Positions 31,719-44,744 of a stretch of DNA of 64,000 nucleotides are shown piece by piece. The stretch is taken from assembly GCA_945878135.1 (NCBI GenBank), contig CAMDUL010000004.1, positions 48,044-112,043 on the forward strand. The letters are read 5' to 3'. Within the stretch, counting starts at the first letter, position 1, and each line of letters begins with the position of its first letter. Below the pieces are notes generated by a model, which had not been told where the DNA came from, did no database searches, and was given only the letters and a program-made list of their open reading frames with translations. This stretch comes from Chthoniobacter flavus (lineage in GTDB: Bacteria > Verrucomicrobiota > Verrucomicrobiia > Chthoniobacterales > JACTMZ01). Both the position numbers and the translations under genes were made by a program.

Positions 31719-32642
31719 TCAGATCGCGAGGGTGGCTTGTTTTTGCGGGAGGACGGCTTCTTCGAGGGCCATGTAGCAGGTCCGTTCCTGCAGGGTGCCG
31801 AGGATTTCGGGGTCGAGTTCGTCGAAGCGGCCGATGTTGAGCTCGGCTTGGAGGAGTCCGCCTTTGTCCACCATGATCGAGCGGGCGTGGACCTCGCCCT
31901 TGAGGAAGCCGCGTTTGAGGATGCGCAGGGTGCCGTTGCAGTAGATGCGGGCGGTCACTTTGCCGCGCACCACCATGTCGTGGACGCGGATGGGGTGGGC
32001 GACGATGACGTCGGCGCCTTTCTCGACGCGGACGCGGCGCGAGCCGATCTCGCAGTTGAGGCGTCCGGAGGTGCGGATGCGCGTCTCGCCGTCGCAGAAA
32101 ATCTTGCCCGCCGCCCCGCCGCCGATATCGGCATTCCCGCAGATGGTCAGCTGGTTGTTGAGGTAGCCGAATTTTTTTATGACAAGATTGCCGCGGGTCC
32201 GGACGACGCGGCTGACGCGTTTCTCGACAAGGGCGTCATAGAGATCGATGTGCGCGTTGCAGTTCGGGCAGGAAGTGGAAGAGGCCAGGCGGGGGACTTC
32301 ATGGAGGCGGCCGCATTCGTGGCAGCGCACCCGTTTGAATTCGGGCGGGCGCCAGCGTTCGTAGTATTCGCGCAGCCGGGCGATCTGGGGTTCGTAACGC
32401 AGGAGCCAAGGCTCGGCGTGGCGCAGGGCACGCTCTTTGAACGGGGCGAGGCGGACCGCGAGGGGGGCGAGCTTTTCCCGCCAGGCGGGGGCGGCAACGG
32501 CCGCGCGTGCGGGTTTCCGGTCATCCAGCTCGAAGTGCTGGCCGCAAGCGCGGCAGAACGTGCTGATGACGCCCGGTGATTCCTGCTGGCTGACGCCGCA
32601 TTGGGGGCAGGTGACCGCCTTTGTCGCGGGGCGGGGCGGCAT
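31719..32642 (-). CDS. bactofilin-domain protein with two N-terminal zinc-ribbon motifs
   Basis: CPQCG...CRACG and CHECG...CPNC pairs, then a beta-helical repeat region GNLVIKKFGYLNNQLTICGNADIGGGAAGKIFCDGETRIRTSGRLNCEIG...VVRGKVTARIYCNGTLRI. Confidence 0.7.
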   Translation of the reverse strand: MPPRPATKAVTCPQCGVSQQESPGVISTFCRACGQHFELDDRKPARAAVAAPAWREKLAPLAVRLAPFKERALRHAEPWLLRYEPQIARLREYYERWRPPEFKRVRCHECGRLHEVPRLASSTSCPNCNAHIDLYDALVEKRVSRVVRTRGNLVIKKFGYLNNQLTICGNADIGGGAAGKIFCDGETRIRTSGRLNCEIGSRRVRVEKGADVIVAHPIRVHDMVVRGKVTARIYCNGTLRILKRGFLKGEVHARSIMVDKGGLLQAELNIGRFDELDPEILGTLQERTCYMALEEAVLPQKQATLAI

Positions 32643-32657
32643 GACGGCTCCGCCTTT

Positions 32658-33104
32658 TTAGAGGAGGCCTTTTTTCGGTTCGCCGCCGGGCACACCGCCG
32701 GACGGGCGAGTCGCTTCGGCGCGCTGCAGGGCGGTTTTGTTCGGGCTGACTTCGGATTTGCCGACGAACGTGGCGCCGTCCTCGATAATGATACGCCCGG
32801 CGCGGAGGTCGCCGATGAGTTGCGCGGTGGCCTTGAGTTCGACGCGTTCGGCCGCGTCGATATTGCCCTGCACGGAACCGTGGATGATGACGGACTTGGA
32901 TTTCACTTCGCCTTGCACGTTGGCGCTTTTGCCGACGGTGAGGGTGGCGTTTGATTGGATTTCGCCCTCGATTTTGCCGTCGAAAACAAGATCGTTCTGG
33001 AATTTGAGGGTGCCTTTGATTTCCACGTCGCTGGAAAGATGGTTGCGGTTGCTACCGCCGGTGGGTGATTCGCTCATGGGATTGACGATATTGCTGAGGT
33101 TCAT
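32658..33104 (-). CDS. bactofilin (polymer-forming cytoskeletal protein)
   Basis: VEIKGTLKFQNDLVFDGKIEGEIQSNATLTVGKSANVQGEVKSKSVIIHGSVQGNIDAAERVELKATAQLIGDLRAGRIIIEDGATFVGKSEV. Confidence 0.85.
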   Translation of the reverse strand: MNLSNIVNPMSESPTGGSNRNHLSSDVEIKGTLKFQNDLVFDGKIEGEIQSNATLTVGKSANVQGEVKSKSVIIHGSVQGNIDAAERVELKATAQLIGDLRAGRIIIEDGATFVGKSEVSPNKTALQRAEATRPSGGVPGGEPKKGLL

Positions 33105-33164
33105 TGATTGATGGAGCGTTCACGTTACCGGCTGGGTCCGGGGTGTCAAAACGAAAGGAGGTGA

Positions 33165-33214
33165 GAGCGTGGAGCGGGCCCTCCGGTTGGGAGATCCTAC
33201 GGGTCGGAGAGGAG
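33165..33214. repeat. 50-nt repeat (copy b), intergenic
   Basis: GAGCGTGGAGCGGGCCCTCCGGTTGGGAGATCCTACGGGTCGGAGAGGAG. See 29520-29569. Confidence 0.75.
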
Positions 33215-33233
33215 CCGGGAGGCGGAGGGAGCG

Positions 33234-34634
33234 TCAGCCGGCGAGTTCTTCGGCGGGGTAGGTCCAGATTTCGCTCAGGGTGGGGTGGTAGTGGGGGATT
33301 TTGAGGAATTCGGCGGCGGTGGCGTGGTAGCGCATGGCCACGACGACCTCGTGGATCAACTCGGAGGCGTGGGGTCCGACCACGGCGCCGCCGATGATTT
33401 CGCCCTTGGGGCGGTCGGCGATCAGTTTGACGAAGCCGTCGGTTTTGCCGTGCACCATGGATTTGCCGTGGTCGGCGAACGGGTAGGTGGCGGCGGCGAA
33501 GTCGAGGCCGAGTTCGGCGGCTTCGCGTTCGGTCAGGCCGACCATGGCGGTTTCGGGCTGGGTGAAGACGGCGAAGAGGCGCAGGCGGTAGTCGATGGTC
33601 TCGAGTGGTTCGTTCTTGCCGCGGAGGAGGCGGGCGGCGTTGCGGGCGGCGATCTCGCCTTGCTCGATGGCGATGTGGACAATCTCCAATTTTCCGGTCA
33701 CATCGCCCGCGCCGAAGATGTGCGGGACAGCCGTTTGCTGCGTATCGGACGTGGCCAAGGGGCGGCCGGGGGCGATGTCTAGTCCGGCAGCGGACAAATC
33801 GAGTCCGGCCGTGGCGGGGTCGCGTCCGAGGGCGAGGAGGATTTCGTCCGCCTCGATCGTCTCCTCTCCGTCCTCGTGGGCGACGCGCACCCATTTGCCG
33901 CGCGAGGATGTGCCGGCGCCGAGGATGCGGCGTCCGAGGATAAACTTCGTGCCATGGCGTTCCATGCCGTGCTGGACGGCATCGGCCACGTCGCGGTCCA
34001 TCGAGCTGAGGATTTGTTTGCTGCGCTGGATGACGGTGACGGCCGCACCGAGCGCGCGGTGGTAGTGGGCCATTTCCAGCGCGACGGGCCCGGCGCCGAG
34101 GACGATGAGGGATTCGGGCGGATGCTCGTTATCCAAGACCTCGTCGCTGGTCAGGGGTTCGGCTTCCGCGAGGCCGGGGATGTCGGGATGACGGACGACC
34201 GACCCGGCAGCGACGAGGATGTTTTTGCTGCGGACATTTTGTTCGCCGCCTTCGCGCAGGCGCACGATGAGTTCATGGGGCGAGGCGAAGCGGGCGTGTC
34301 CGCGGATCAAAGTGAATTTGCCGCTTTCCAATTGGTCTGCGCGGTATTTGGCGAATTCGGCGATGAGGCGGCGTTTGCGTCCGATGATTTTGGCGCCGTC
34401 GAATCCGGTGTCCTTGGCATGGAGCCCGAACTCGTCCGCTTCGCGCATATCCTGCAGGCGGTTGGCCGACTCGATGAGCGTTTTGCTCGGCATGCAGCCG
34501 CGCAAGATGCAGAGACCGCCGAGCTCCGCGGATCCGTCGATCACCGCGGTGCGCAGGCCTTCGCCGGCCGCGGTTCTAGCCGCGGCGTAACCGGCGCTCC
34601 CGCCGCCGACCACGAGGAAATCGAAATCACTCAT
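33234..34634 (-). CDS. pyridine nucleotide-disulfide oxidoreductase (dihydrolipoyl dehydrogenase / mercuric reductase-like family)
   Basis: FDFLVVGGGSAGYAAA (FAD Rossmann), GGLCILRGCMPSK redox-active disulfide, second Rossmann LIVLGAGPVALEMA, C-terminal dimerisation HPTLSE. Confidence 0.8.
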   Translation of the reverse strand: MSDFDFLVVGGGSAGYAAARTAAGEGLRTAVIDGSAELGGLCILRGCMPSKTLIESANRLQDMREADEFGLHAKDTGFDGAKIIGRKRRLIAEFAKYRADQLESGKFTLIRGHARFASPHELIVRLREGGEQNVRSKNILVAAGSVVRHPDIPGLAEAEPLTSDEVLDNEHPPESLIVLGAGPVALEMAHYHRALGAAVTVIQRSKQILSSMDRDVADAVQHGMERHGTKFILGRRILGAGTSSRGKWVRVAHEDGEETIEADEILLALGRDPATAGLDLSAAGLDIAPGRPLATSDTQQTAVPHIFGAGDVTGKLEIVHIAIEQGEIAARNAARLLRGKNEPLETIDYRLRLFAVFTQPETAMVGLTEREAAELGLDFAAATYPFADHGKSMVHGKTDGFVKLIADRPKGEIIGGAVVGPHASELIHEVVVAMRYHATAAEFLKIPHYHPTLSEIWTYPAEELAG

Positions 34635-36168
34635 CCTTCACTTTGTAGACGCGGAAAAATCGGTTGGCGAACACGGGTTCGAGGAAAGGAGGAAGGTCTT
34701 GTCCTCTGGCGAGGCGGACAATAAGCGGATTGTCCGGCGCGGGAACGCCGAGCAACTGCGCGGAAGTCGCGATGACGCGCCCGGGATCATCGGTCACCAC
34801 GTAGCGGACTTTGCGCAAGTGCAGTTGGCCGAGGGCGATTCCATCGTCATCGGAGAGGAAGAAGCGCGCCGAGTCGGCCGATCCCGGCAGACTTTGGTGC
34901 GAGGTTCCGGCGACCATTCGCTGACCACTCTGCTGCGCAAGTGCCGGGGAAATCCACCACGGCGCGAGGACACCGCCGTGCGGTTGCGTGGCGAGAAATT
35001 GCGCGGTTTGTTCGAGCAGCGCGGCTTCGAGGACGCGCTCCTGCTGTCTGGCCCGCTCGGCCGGGGCGGGGAAAATTCGCGCATCCCACGCCCATGCCAC
35101 CGGCCAGAGGCTGGCCAGAAACAAGGTCCACACGAGCCAATTTTTGCGCAGCGGCGCGAGAATCCACGGCAGCGCGAGGCAGAAGATTGCCGCTTGCCAC
35201 GCGTTCCAACGCGCCTGCCATCCGGTCAGGGCAGTGACCACGACAAGAAGCAGAAGAACGGCGAGCGCGAGCGGGTCGCGCGACTTGTAATAGTTCCAGG
35301 CGAGCAGCAGCGGCGCAGGAACGAGCAACCATCCGGTCCACGTGAACATTGCTTCCGGCGTGGCGCCCTGCAGTTCGCCGAGCAACTCGGCCCAGCGGGG
35401 AAATAGTGCGCGGATATTCTTTGGCGGCCAAGGGTTGCGGAATCCTTCGAGCGCCCACGCGCCCAGGGCGAGGCCTGCGGTCAGGACCAAGGCATGGCGC
35501 CAAGCGGATGGCCAGGCCGCGCGGCGCAGAACGAGGCTGCGGGCGATTTCCTGGGTGGCGAGCAGGATGAGCGGCTCGAACCACGACACCCACAGCGCAA
35601 GTCCCCATGCGGTGCCAGAGGCCCAAGCCCAGCCGCTTCGCGCGGTGCGGACGAAGGCGAAGTTGGAGGCAAGCGCAACGGTGGTGAGCGTGACGAGAAG
35701 CGACTGGTGATCCGGACGTCCGAGCGCAAAGGCATGGGTCAGCGCGGGCGAGATCGCGAAAAGGATCAGCATCGGCCAGCGCGGACGCAGGTCGAGGGCG
35801 CGCGACCAAAAGAAAAGAAAGAGCAGTGTGGCCAACCCGAGGAGCGGCGAGATCAAAGCCCCCGCTGCGTCAAGAGGACGGATGATCACGCCGAGCGCGG
35901 CGATGAGGTAGTCCATCGGCGCGGTGGTGTGCGGGACGGTGCCCTGGGGAAAATTCTCGAAATCGTGCGATCGGATGATGGTGCCGGGATTTTGCGTGAC
36001 CGCGGCCGCGCGTTGCATGCGGCTGTGGCAATCACCGTCGGCGTAGACAACGAGCATCGCGCCGTCGGATTTTGGCACGAAGACTTGGGCGCGGTTCCAC
36101 GACACGGCAGCGAGGAACAAGGCGGCCAAGACGGCAGCTCCGGCGAGGGACGGGATGATCTTGGGCAC
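34627..36168 (-). CDS. polytopic membrane protein, STT3/AglB/PglB-like (putative)
   Basis: N-terminal YADGDCHSRMQR and FPQGTVPHTTAPMDYLIAAL resemble the first external loop of STT3-family enzymes. Later APWWISPALAQQSGQRMVAG resembles the WWDYG region. About 11-13 TM helices. Matches are from memory only. Confidence 0.45.
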   Translation of the reverse strand: MPKIIPSLAGAAVLAALFLAAVSWNRAQVFVPKSDGAMLVVYADGDCHSRMQRAAAVTQNPGTIIRSHDFENFPQGTVPHTTAPMDYLIAALGVIIRPLDAAGALISPLLGLATLLFLFFWSRALDLRPRWPMLILFAISPALTHAFALGRPDHQSLLVTLTTVALASNFAFVRTARSGWAWASGTAWGLALWVSWFEPLILLATQEIARSLVLRRAAWPSAWRHALVLTAGLALGAWALEGFRNPWPPKNIRALFPRWAELLGELQGATPEAMFTWTGWLLVPAPLLLAWNYYKSRDPLALAVLLLLVVVTALTGWQARWNAWQAAIFCLALPWILAPLRKNWLVWTLFLASLWPVAWAWDARIFPAPAERARQQERVLEAALLEQTAQFLATQPHGGVLAPWWISPALAQQSGQRMVAGTSHQSLPGSADSARFFLSDDDGIALGQLHLRKVRYVVTDDPGRVIATSAQLLGVPAPDNPLIVRLARGQDLPPFLEPVFANRFFRVYKVKDE

Positions 36169-36248
36169 GGCGGGATGGTGGCCAAAGGGCGTCCGGCTGG
36201 CCAGATTGTGCTATTGACAAGTTCAACTTGAAGTGGCATTTAAACACC

Positions 36249-36488
36249 ATGGAAACAATTTCCATGCTTGAGATACGCCGTAATGCCAAGGGTCTGGTCG
36301 AGCGATTGGGCCGCGGGGAGAGTTTCCGGATCACGTATCGCAACCGCACGGTTGGAGAGCTTTTTCCGCCCAAGGTAAGCTACGAAATCAGCCCGGACGA
36401 CCCCGTTTACCGCGTCGCTGAGATGGCTGAGGATCTGGGGGGTGGTCTGGACTCCCGCGAGATCGATCAGATTGTTTACGGCCGGTGA
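36249..36488 (+). CDS. Phd/YefM-type antitoxin
   Basis: METISMLEIRRNAKGLVERLGRGESFRITYRNRTVGELFP. The stop overlaps the GTG start of vapC. Confidence 0.7.
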   Translation: METISMLEIRRNAKGLVERLGRGESFRITYRNRTVGELFPPKVSYEISPDDPVYRVAEMAEDLGGGLDSREIDQIVYGR

Positions 36489-36892
36489 AGCCCGTCTTCA
36501 TCGATACGATGGGCTGGGCTTGCCTGCTCGACCGTCGCGAGGCGAAGCACGGGGCCACAGCCCGCTTGATGGCTGAGTGGGGACAAACACGCCGGCCGCT
36601 CGTTACGACCGACTACGTGGTGGATGAGACGGCCACACTGCTCATGGCGCGCCGAGCCGGCGGAGTGCTCGGGGAGTTTTTCGATTGCATCGAGCATTCG
36701 GCCGCGTTGACCTTGACGCCGGTTGGTCTGGGGCGGTTCCGGGAGGCTTGCGGCTATCTGCTGAAACATCGCGATCAGGGCTACTCGTTCACGGACGTGA
36801 CGAGCTTCATCGTCATGAACGAACTCGGAGTGTCCGACGCCTTGACTGAGGATCGGCACTTCGAAAAAGCGGGCTTCCGCTGTCTGCTCTAG
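36485..36892 (+). CDS. vapC: PIN-domain toxin VapC
   Basis: VKPVFIDTMGWACLLDRRE...TTDYVVDETATLL...SFTDVTSFIVMNELGVSDALTEDRHF. Confidence 0.8.
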   Translation: MKPVFIDTMGWACLLDRREAKHGATARLMAEWGQTRRPLVTTDYVVDETATLLMARRAGGVLGEFFDCIEHSAALTLTPVGLGRFREACGYLLKHRDQGYSFTDVTSFIVMNELGVSDALTEDRHFEKAGFRCLL

Positions 36893-36963
36893 GAGGCATG
36901 GCCGGCCGCTTTATGACCCGAAAATCCGGAAAAAAGACTGGAGCGGTGGGGCTGGCGGGATAG

Positions 36964-39606
<2,643 letters not shown>

Positions 39607-39619
39607 CCCAACCAACCCG

Positions 39620-40669
<1,050 letters not shown>

Positions 40670-40678
40670 GCAAGGCAG

Positions 40679-40734
40679 GGACGAGCGGCTCGCTCGTCCG
40701 CCTGTTTGATCCGGACACGCGAGACCGCGTGTCC
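40679..40734 (+). terminator. two GC-rich hairpins after recA (possible terminator or attenuator)
   Basis: GGACGAGCG-GCT-CGCTCGTCC (40679-40699), followed by GCCTGTTT, then GGACACGCG-AGAC-CGCGTGTCC (40713-40734). Both have weak U tracts. Confidence 0.4.
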
Positions 40735-40752
40735 CCACCATCAGCACCACGC

Positions 40753-41937
40753 ATGAACATCCACGAATACCAAGCGAAGGAACTCCTGACCAAGTTCGGG
40801 GCGGACAATCCGCGCGGTGCGGTGGCCCGCACGGCGGCCGAGGCGGAGAAAGTGGCCCGCGAACTGGGCACGAATTCCATCGTGGTCAAAGCGCAGATCC
40901 ACGCGGGCGGACGCGGCAAAGGGAGCTTCACCAACGGATTCCAGGGCGGCGTGCATCTTTGCAAGACGGCCGGCCAAGCCCGCGACATCGCCGCCAAGAT
41001 GATCGGGCAAACCTTGGTCACGCACCAGACCGGACCGGAAGGTCGCGTGGTCAACCAGGTGCTCGTCGCCGAGTCGGTCGAGATCGAGAAAGAGTTTTAT
41101 TTCGCCATCCTCATGGATCGCGCCACCGGGGCGCCTGTGATCGTGGCCAGCCGTGAAGGTGGCATGGACATCGAGGAAGTTGCCGAGAAGAGCCCGGAAA
41201 AAATTCTGCGCGAACCGGTCAATCCGGCCTTCGGGCTGCAACCTTACCAGACGCGCAAGCTGGCCCGGGAACTCGGATTCGCGCCGACGCAGATGCGCGC
41301 GGCCTGCAAACTTTTCGCCTCCCTCTACCGCTGCTTCACGGCGTGCGATTGTTCGATGGTCGAGATCAATCCGCTCGTCTTGACCAAAGGCGGCGAGGTG
41401 CTGGCGCTCGACGCCAAGTTTTCTTTCGACGACAACGCGCTCTTTCGTCACCCCGACATCATCGCCCTGCGCGACGTGGCCGAGGAAGACCCGCGCGAAG
41501 TGGCCGCTTCGAAGCATCACCTCAGCTATATCGGATTGGATGGAAACATCGGCTGCATGGTGAACGGTGCCGGGCTGGCCATGGCCACGATGGACATCAT
41601 CAAGCACCACGGCGGCGAGCCGGCCAACTTCCTCGACGTCGGCGGCGGGGCCAGCGAGGAGCAGGTGACCGAGGCCTTCAAGATTTTGCTCTCGGATGCC
41701 AAGGTGAAAGCCATCCTGGTCAATATTTTCGGCGGCATCATGAAGTGCGATGTCATTGCCCAGGGCATCCTCAACGCGGTGAAGTCCGTGCAGCTCGGTA
41801 TCCCGCTCGTTGTCCGGCTCGAAGGGACGAACGTCGAGCAAGGCCGCAAGCTGCTCGCCGACTCGGGCCTGCCCATCGTCACCGCGACCGACCTAGATAC
41901 TGCCGCCAGCGAAATCGTCAAACTCGCCAAACCCTGA
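40753..41937 (+). CDS. sucC: succinate--CoA ligase (ADP-forming) beta subunit
   Basis: [16 protein letters not shown]...[14 protein letters not shown]...EINPLVLT...[18 protein letters not shown]. Confidence 0.95.
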   Translation: MNIHEYQAKELLTKFGADNPRGAVARTAAEAEKVARELGTNSIVVKAQIHAGGRGKGSFTNGFQGGVHLCKTAGQARDIAAKMIGQTLVTHQTGPEGRVVNQVLVAESVEIEKEFYFAILMDRATGAPVIVASREGGMDIEEVAEKSPEKILREPVNPAFGLQPYQTRKLARELGFAPTQMRAACKLFASLYRCFTACDCSMVEINPLVLTKGGEVLALDAKFSFDDNALFRHPDIIALRDVAEEDPREVAASKHHLSYIGLDGNIGCMVNGAGLAMATMDIIKHHGGEPANFLDVGGGASEEQVTEAFKILLSDAKVKAILVNIFGGIMKCDVIAQGILNAVKSVQLGIPLVVRLEGTNVEQGRKLLADSGLPIVTATDLDTAASEIVKLAKP

Positions 41938-41939
41938 CC

Positions 41940-42812
41940 ATGTCCGTTCTCGTCGACAAAAACACCCGCCTTGTTGTCCAGGGCATCACCGGAAAATCCG
42001 GCGCCTTCCACACGCGCAACTGCATGGAATACGGCACCAATGTCGTGGCCGGCGTCACGCCCGCACGCGGCGGCGAGATGTTCGACGAGAAAGTCCCCGT
42101 CTTCGACACCGTCCACGAGGCGCGCGAGAAGACCGGGTGCAACGCGACGATGATTTTCGTCCCGCCGGAGTTCGCCGCGGACGCCATTCTGGAGGCGGCC
42201 GACGCGGGGGTGGAGCTGATCGTCTGCATCACCGAAGGCATTCCGGTCATGGACATGATGCGGGTCAAAGAGATGCTCCAAGCCACGAAGTCCCGGCTGA
42301 TCGGACCGAACTGTCCCGGCATCATCACACCCGGGCAATGCAAGATCGGCATCATGCCCGGATACATCCACAAGCCGGGTCATGTCGGCGTGGTCTCGCG
42401 TTCCGGCACGCTGACTTACGAAGCGGTCTGGCAACTGACCAGCCGCGGGGTCGGCCAATCGACCTGCATCGGCATCGGCGGTGATCCGATCATCGGCACA
42501 ACGACGCTCGACGCGGTGCAACTTTTCGCCGCCGATCCGGACACGCACGGGATCATTCTGATCGGCGAAATCGGCGGCAGCGCCGAGGAAGAAGCCGCCG
42601 CGTGGCTGAAAGACCATTGCGACAAACCCGTGGCCGGTTTCATTGCCGGAGCCACCGCCCCGCCCGGACGCCGCATGGGTCATGCCGGCGCGATCATTTC
42701 CGGCGGCAAAGGCACGGCCTCCGCGAAAAAAGACGCGCTGCGCGAGGCCGGCATTGCCGTGGCCGAGACACCCAGCACCATCGCCGACACCTTGTTGGCG
42801 GTGATGAAGTAG
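41940..42812 (+). CDS. sucD: succinate--CoA ligase alpha subunit
   Basis: [23 protein letters not shown]...GVTPARGG...[11 protein letters not shown]...[15 protein letters not shown]. Confidence 0.95.
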   Translation: MSVLVDKNTRLVVQGITGKSGAFHTRNCMEYGTNVVAGVTPARGGEMFDEKVPVFDTVHEAREKTGCNATMIFVPPEFAADAILEAADAGVELIVCITEGIPVMDMMRVKEMLQATKSRLIGPNCPGIITPGQCKIGIMPGYIHKPGHVGVVSRSGTLTYEAVWQLTSRGVGQSTCIGIGGDPIIGTTTLDAVQLFAADPDTHGIILIGEIGGSAEEEAAAWLKDHCDKPVAGFIAGATAPPGRRMGHAGAIISGGKGTASAKKDALREAGIAVAETPSTIADTLLAVMK

Positions 42813-42828
42813 GACGCGGCAAGCGTCC
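42812..42828. terminator. hairpin between the convergent sucD and a hypothetical gene
   Basis: GGACGC-GGCAA-GCGTCC followed by GTTCTT. Short stem; the position suits a bidirectional terminator. Confidence 0.35.
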
Positions 42829-42832
42829 GTTC

Positions 42833-43357
42833 TTACTCCGCGCAGTAGTGCAGGCTGATGCGGCGCATCTTTTGCTCCCCTTGCTGCGCCGTGTAGTGGA
42901 CGAGACGCAGGGAGACGAAGTTCTGCAGCCAGAGCCAGCCGCGCAGGGTGTGTTGCACGCCGTCGGCGTCGCCGCGCTCGTCGGCGTAGAGGCGTCCGGG
43001 TCCGTATTTGCGGTCGGCCTGGGTTTTGATCGTGCTGACCCAGGAACCGACCCGGGCATCATCCCATCCCTCGCGGTCGTATTGCAGCTCCACCTCGCTG
43101 AGTCCGCCCTCCTCGAAATAGAACAGCGTGCGCTTGAGTCCCTCCTGCACGATGCCATCGACCGCCATGACTTCACGTTTGCCCGAGGTGCGTTCCTCCA
43201 CGACTTTGGCTTTGGCATTGGTCACCACCGTGCGGATACGGTCCGGGGATTCGCCCCACTGCATGCCGAAGGGGGCTTTGATTTCCTGCTGCGCCCGGAC
43301 CGGACCGGCGGAAAGCGCGACGGCCAGCACAAATATCTGGAAGGAGCGGAGCGGCAT
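42833..43357 (-). CDS. secreted hypothetical protein
   Basis: MPLRSFQIFVLAVALSAGPVRAQQ looks like a signal peptide. No family recognised. Confidence 0.55.
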   Translation of the reverse strand: MPLRSFQIFVLAVALSAGPVRAQQEIKAPFGMQWGESPDRIRTVVTNAKAKVVEERTSGKREVMAVDGIVQEGLKRTLFYFEEGGLSEVELQYDREGWDDARVGSWVSTIKTQADRKYGPGRLYADERGDADGVQHTLRGWLWLQNFVSLRLVHYTAQQGEQKMRRISLHYCAE

Positions 43358-43459
43358 GGCGGTCGGGCTTCTTTCCTGTCTAACGCCGGATACCCCGTCA
43401 GGCAAACCCGCTCATTCACGGGTTGACCGGCGCTAAATATTACCAGAGAGTAATACTTT

Positions 43460-43849
43460 ATGAAAACGCTGCTTCTTCTCCTTGTGCTGGTCGTCGTTTT
43501 GTTCGTGGTCAAGCGGGTCATGGCCGGTCCTTCGATCAGCCCGGCCGAGGCCGAGGCCCGGGTCAAGGCGGGCACGGCGGTATTGATCGACGTGCGCGAG
43601 CCGGATGAGTGGTCCGGCGGCGTGGCGGAACCGGCGCGGCTCTGTTCCCTCAGTGACCTGCGCGGCGACCGCGCGCAATGGAAGACGGTGCTGGAGGAGA
43701 ACAAAGGCAAGGAACTCATTGTTTATTGTGCGAGCGGGGCGCGATCGGGAATCGTGGCCGGCATGCTGCGCAAGGAAGGATTCGAGGCGGTGAATGCCGG
43801 CGGGTTCGGCGGCTGGCGTTCGGCGGGATTGCCGGTGCGGATGCCGTGA
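43460..43849 (+). CDS. rhodanese-domain protein with an N-terminal membrane anchor or signal
   Basis: AVLIDVREPDEW...LIVYCASGARSGIVAGMLRKEGFEAVNAGGFGGW (CxxGxRS active-site loop). Confidence 0.85.
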   Translation: MKTLLLLLVLVVVLFVVKRVMAGPSISPAEAEARVKAGTAVLIDVREPDEWSGGVAEPARLCSLSDLRGDRAQWKTVLEENKGKELIVYCASGARSGIVAGMLRKEGFEAVNAGGFGGWRSAGLPVRMP

Positions 43850-43902
43850 ATGGCCGGACTCCGGGCGTCCGCGATTCCCGGCCCGGTTGCGCCGGACAAC
43901 CG

Positions 43903-44565
43903 CTAAAAGGCAAGCAGGCGCTGCGCATCGAGTTTGCGGTAGAAGCGCAGGGCCTCGATGGGACTGCCGAACTCGGATAGGTAATAGAGCCCGTCCTTGT
44001 GGCGCGGGCCGGGATCGCGGACGAGGTATTCGTAGCCTTGTTTGCCGACGATGACGACGAAGTGGGTGATGCCGTCGGGGAAGCGGAGGCGGACAATGAC
44101 CGGATTGCCGCGGAGCAGGTTCCAGTCGATGAGGAAGTGCGAGGCATCGTCCTCGTAAACATGCTCGGCGAGGACCGGCGGATACTCGGAAGCTTTTTCC
44201 CAGTAGAGCCAGCCGCGTTCGGTGAAGCCGCCATTATTCTGCAGGAAGGCGTTGAGGCGACCCGGGTCGAGGTCAGACCCGTAGGAGGCGAGGACCATGG
44301 CGGCGGAGGCCACGGCGCAACCTTCGGCGCCGAGCGAACCGCGCGTCGGTCCGAGCCGGTCGGAAGCCCAGCGGCTGTCCGCTTGGGCAAAGTGCGGGAC
44401 ATCGTTGAGCACGGTGCGGGGAAAATACAGTCCGCCGGAAGCGGGCAGCGGCGAAGCAGTGGTTTGCCACACACCGACCCAGCGCCAGCCGAAGAACGCG
44501 CCGACGGCAAGGGCGGCGAACAGCAGCAGGGCGATCGCGATGAGGAAGGGGCGCACGAGGGGCAA
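43903..44565 (-). CDS. C39-like cysteine peptidase domain protein (Peptidase_C39_2-like), membrane anchored
   Basis: VPHFAQADSRWASD...GAEGCAVASAAMVLASYG...GITHFVVIVG. The start is uncertain (TTG 44565 or GTG 44556). The 321-aa ORF extension would run into the divergent GH57 gene. Confidence 0.5.
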   Translation of the reverse strand: MPLVRPFLIAIALLLFAALAVGAFFGWRWVGVWQTTASPLPASGGLYFPRTVLNDVPHFAQADSRWASDRLGPTRGSLGAEGCAVASAAMVLASYGSDLDPGRLNAFLQNNGGFTERGWLYWEKASEYPPVLAEHVYEDDASHFLIDWNLLRGNPVIVRLRFPDGITHFVVIVGKQGYEYLVRDPGPRHKDGLYYLSEFGSPIEALRFYRKLDAQRLLAF

Positions 44566-44744
44566 GAAACGGAAAATGGCGGCGGGGTCAACGGATTTCG
44601 CGGTGGTGGAGGAGAAAAGCGGAAAGGGCTTTGGCGTCCGGCGGTCGCAGACCGCCGCTACAACATCGGACGAGCGCCGCCGGGGGCGACGGGAAACGCG
44701 CCTTGCGGTGGCCGATGGCGATGGCGATGGTAGCCGCCCCGAAG

